A stretch of DNA of 64,000 bases from Raja brachyura (taxonomy: Eukaryota). The stretch covers positions 21,266,001 through 21,330,000 of the forward strand of contig OY740798.1 in the NCBI GenBank assembly GCA_963514005.1, given 5' to 3'. Position 1 is the stretch's first letter. Each line of letters starts with the position of its first letter. The position numbers and the translations under genes were made by a program. Shown here piece by piece: positions 63,160-64,000 of this stretch. A model generated the notes under the pieces. The model was not told the origin of the DNA. It ran no database searches and saw nothing but the letters and a program-made list of their open reading frames with translations.

Positions 63160-64000
63160 TCAACCTTCCTGAGAGTGAACCTGTGGCAACTGGCATGGAT
63201 ACAGACCCAGCCATATCCTCAGAACCACTATGGACCAGCTGGCAAGAGTATTCACAGACCTCTCCCTAATTCCATCTGAGGTTAGCAACAGGTTTGCAAA
63301 TACCACTATCATCATAGTGCCAAGTAAAAACAAGGTATTGTTAATTGACTACTGCCCGGAGGTTAAGTGCTTTGAGAGGCATGTTGTGGTGCACATCAAC
63401 TCCAGCCTCCTATGAAGCCTTGATCCACTGCAATTCACCTACTGCCACAACAGGTCTACAACACACATGATCTCCCTGGGCCTACGCTCATCCTGGAAGA
63501 TCTGGATAACACCTCCATCATATCTTATTTATTGACTATAACTCTAACTACACTATCTTAATTCCAACCAAACGCATTTCCAAACCCTTGGACCCAGGTC
63601 TCAACAACTCCCTCTGTAATTGACCTCCTAACTTGTAGACTGTAAGTGTCTACTAGTCTACACAGTGTCTACACAGGTGGTGAGGAGTAAAACATCCTCC
63701 ACAAAAATTCTCAACACTGGTAGCCTGCAAGGTTGCATTCTCAGCCGCTTACTACACTCCCTATAAACTCACAAATGTGCGGCCAAATTCTGCTCTTTCC
63801 ACAAGTTTGCAGATGACACTGCCATAGTGGACCTGATCTCAAACAATGATGAGATGGAGTAGTGGAAGGTGATAAGTGAGCTTAATAGCATGGTTTCAAG
63901 GCAACAACCCCTTCCTCAAGGTGAGCAAAATGAGAGGCAGTCAGTGACTTCAGGGTTTGCGCAGCATGCACACCCCGGTCGGTATTAATGATGTCAAGAG
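63160..64000 (+). mobile_element. Rex1/Babar-like LINE RT fragment (runs off window)
   Basis: DQLARVFTD..IIIVP..VKCFERHV and TGSLQGCILS..KFADDTAIVDLI motifs with stops. Confidence 0.8.

Noticed and set aside
57064-64000. Search for upstream (Myb/SANT-type) exons of the ACCS-like gene
   Set aside because: No convincing coding exon with matching phase found; they probably lie beyond the window, so the DNA-binding domain is only predicted.

Overview
Eukaryotic (vertebrate) genomic DNA. The repeat content (CR1/HER1-type LINEs, HE1/V-SINE-type SINEs, Penelope-derived short repeats) suggests a cartilaginous fish, probably a skate or ray (inference). Three spliced genes were reconstructed by hand from GT-AG boundaries and frame continuity. 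(1) The last two coding exons of LMO2 (+, 3116-5766). (2) A complete three-exon, 184-aa uncharacterised four-TM protein of the claudin/PMP22/EMP superfamily (+, 15905-20592), with a very short, cysteine-less first extracellular loop. (3) Fourteen coding exons of an ACCS-like (ACC-synthase-like, PLP fold type I) gene (-, 57063-30072). The ACCS-like frame is intact and keeps the PLP lysine, but four normally conserved active-site residues are replaced, and the enzyme domain is fused behind a basic plus coiled-coil segment resembling trihelix/MSANTD proteins. This is a candidate pseudoenzyme or ligand-sensing regulator and the main finding. Its introns hold two degenerate Gypsy LTR elements: a Mag-like one whose RT-RNase H region is replaced by a ~200-bp hairpin copied from its own integrase tail, and a CsRn1-like one. 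The window also has several MITEs, Penelope fragments carrying minimal hammerhead ribozyme motifs, and a candidate unannotated minus-strand spliced gene at ~11.8-12.6 kb. All coordinates and mismatch counts were read by eye; no database searches were run.
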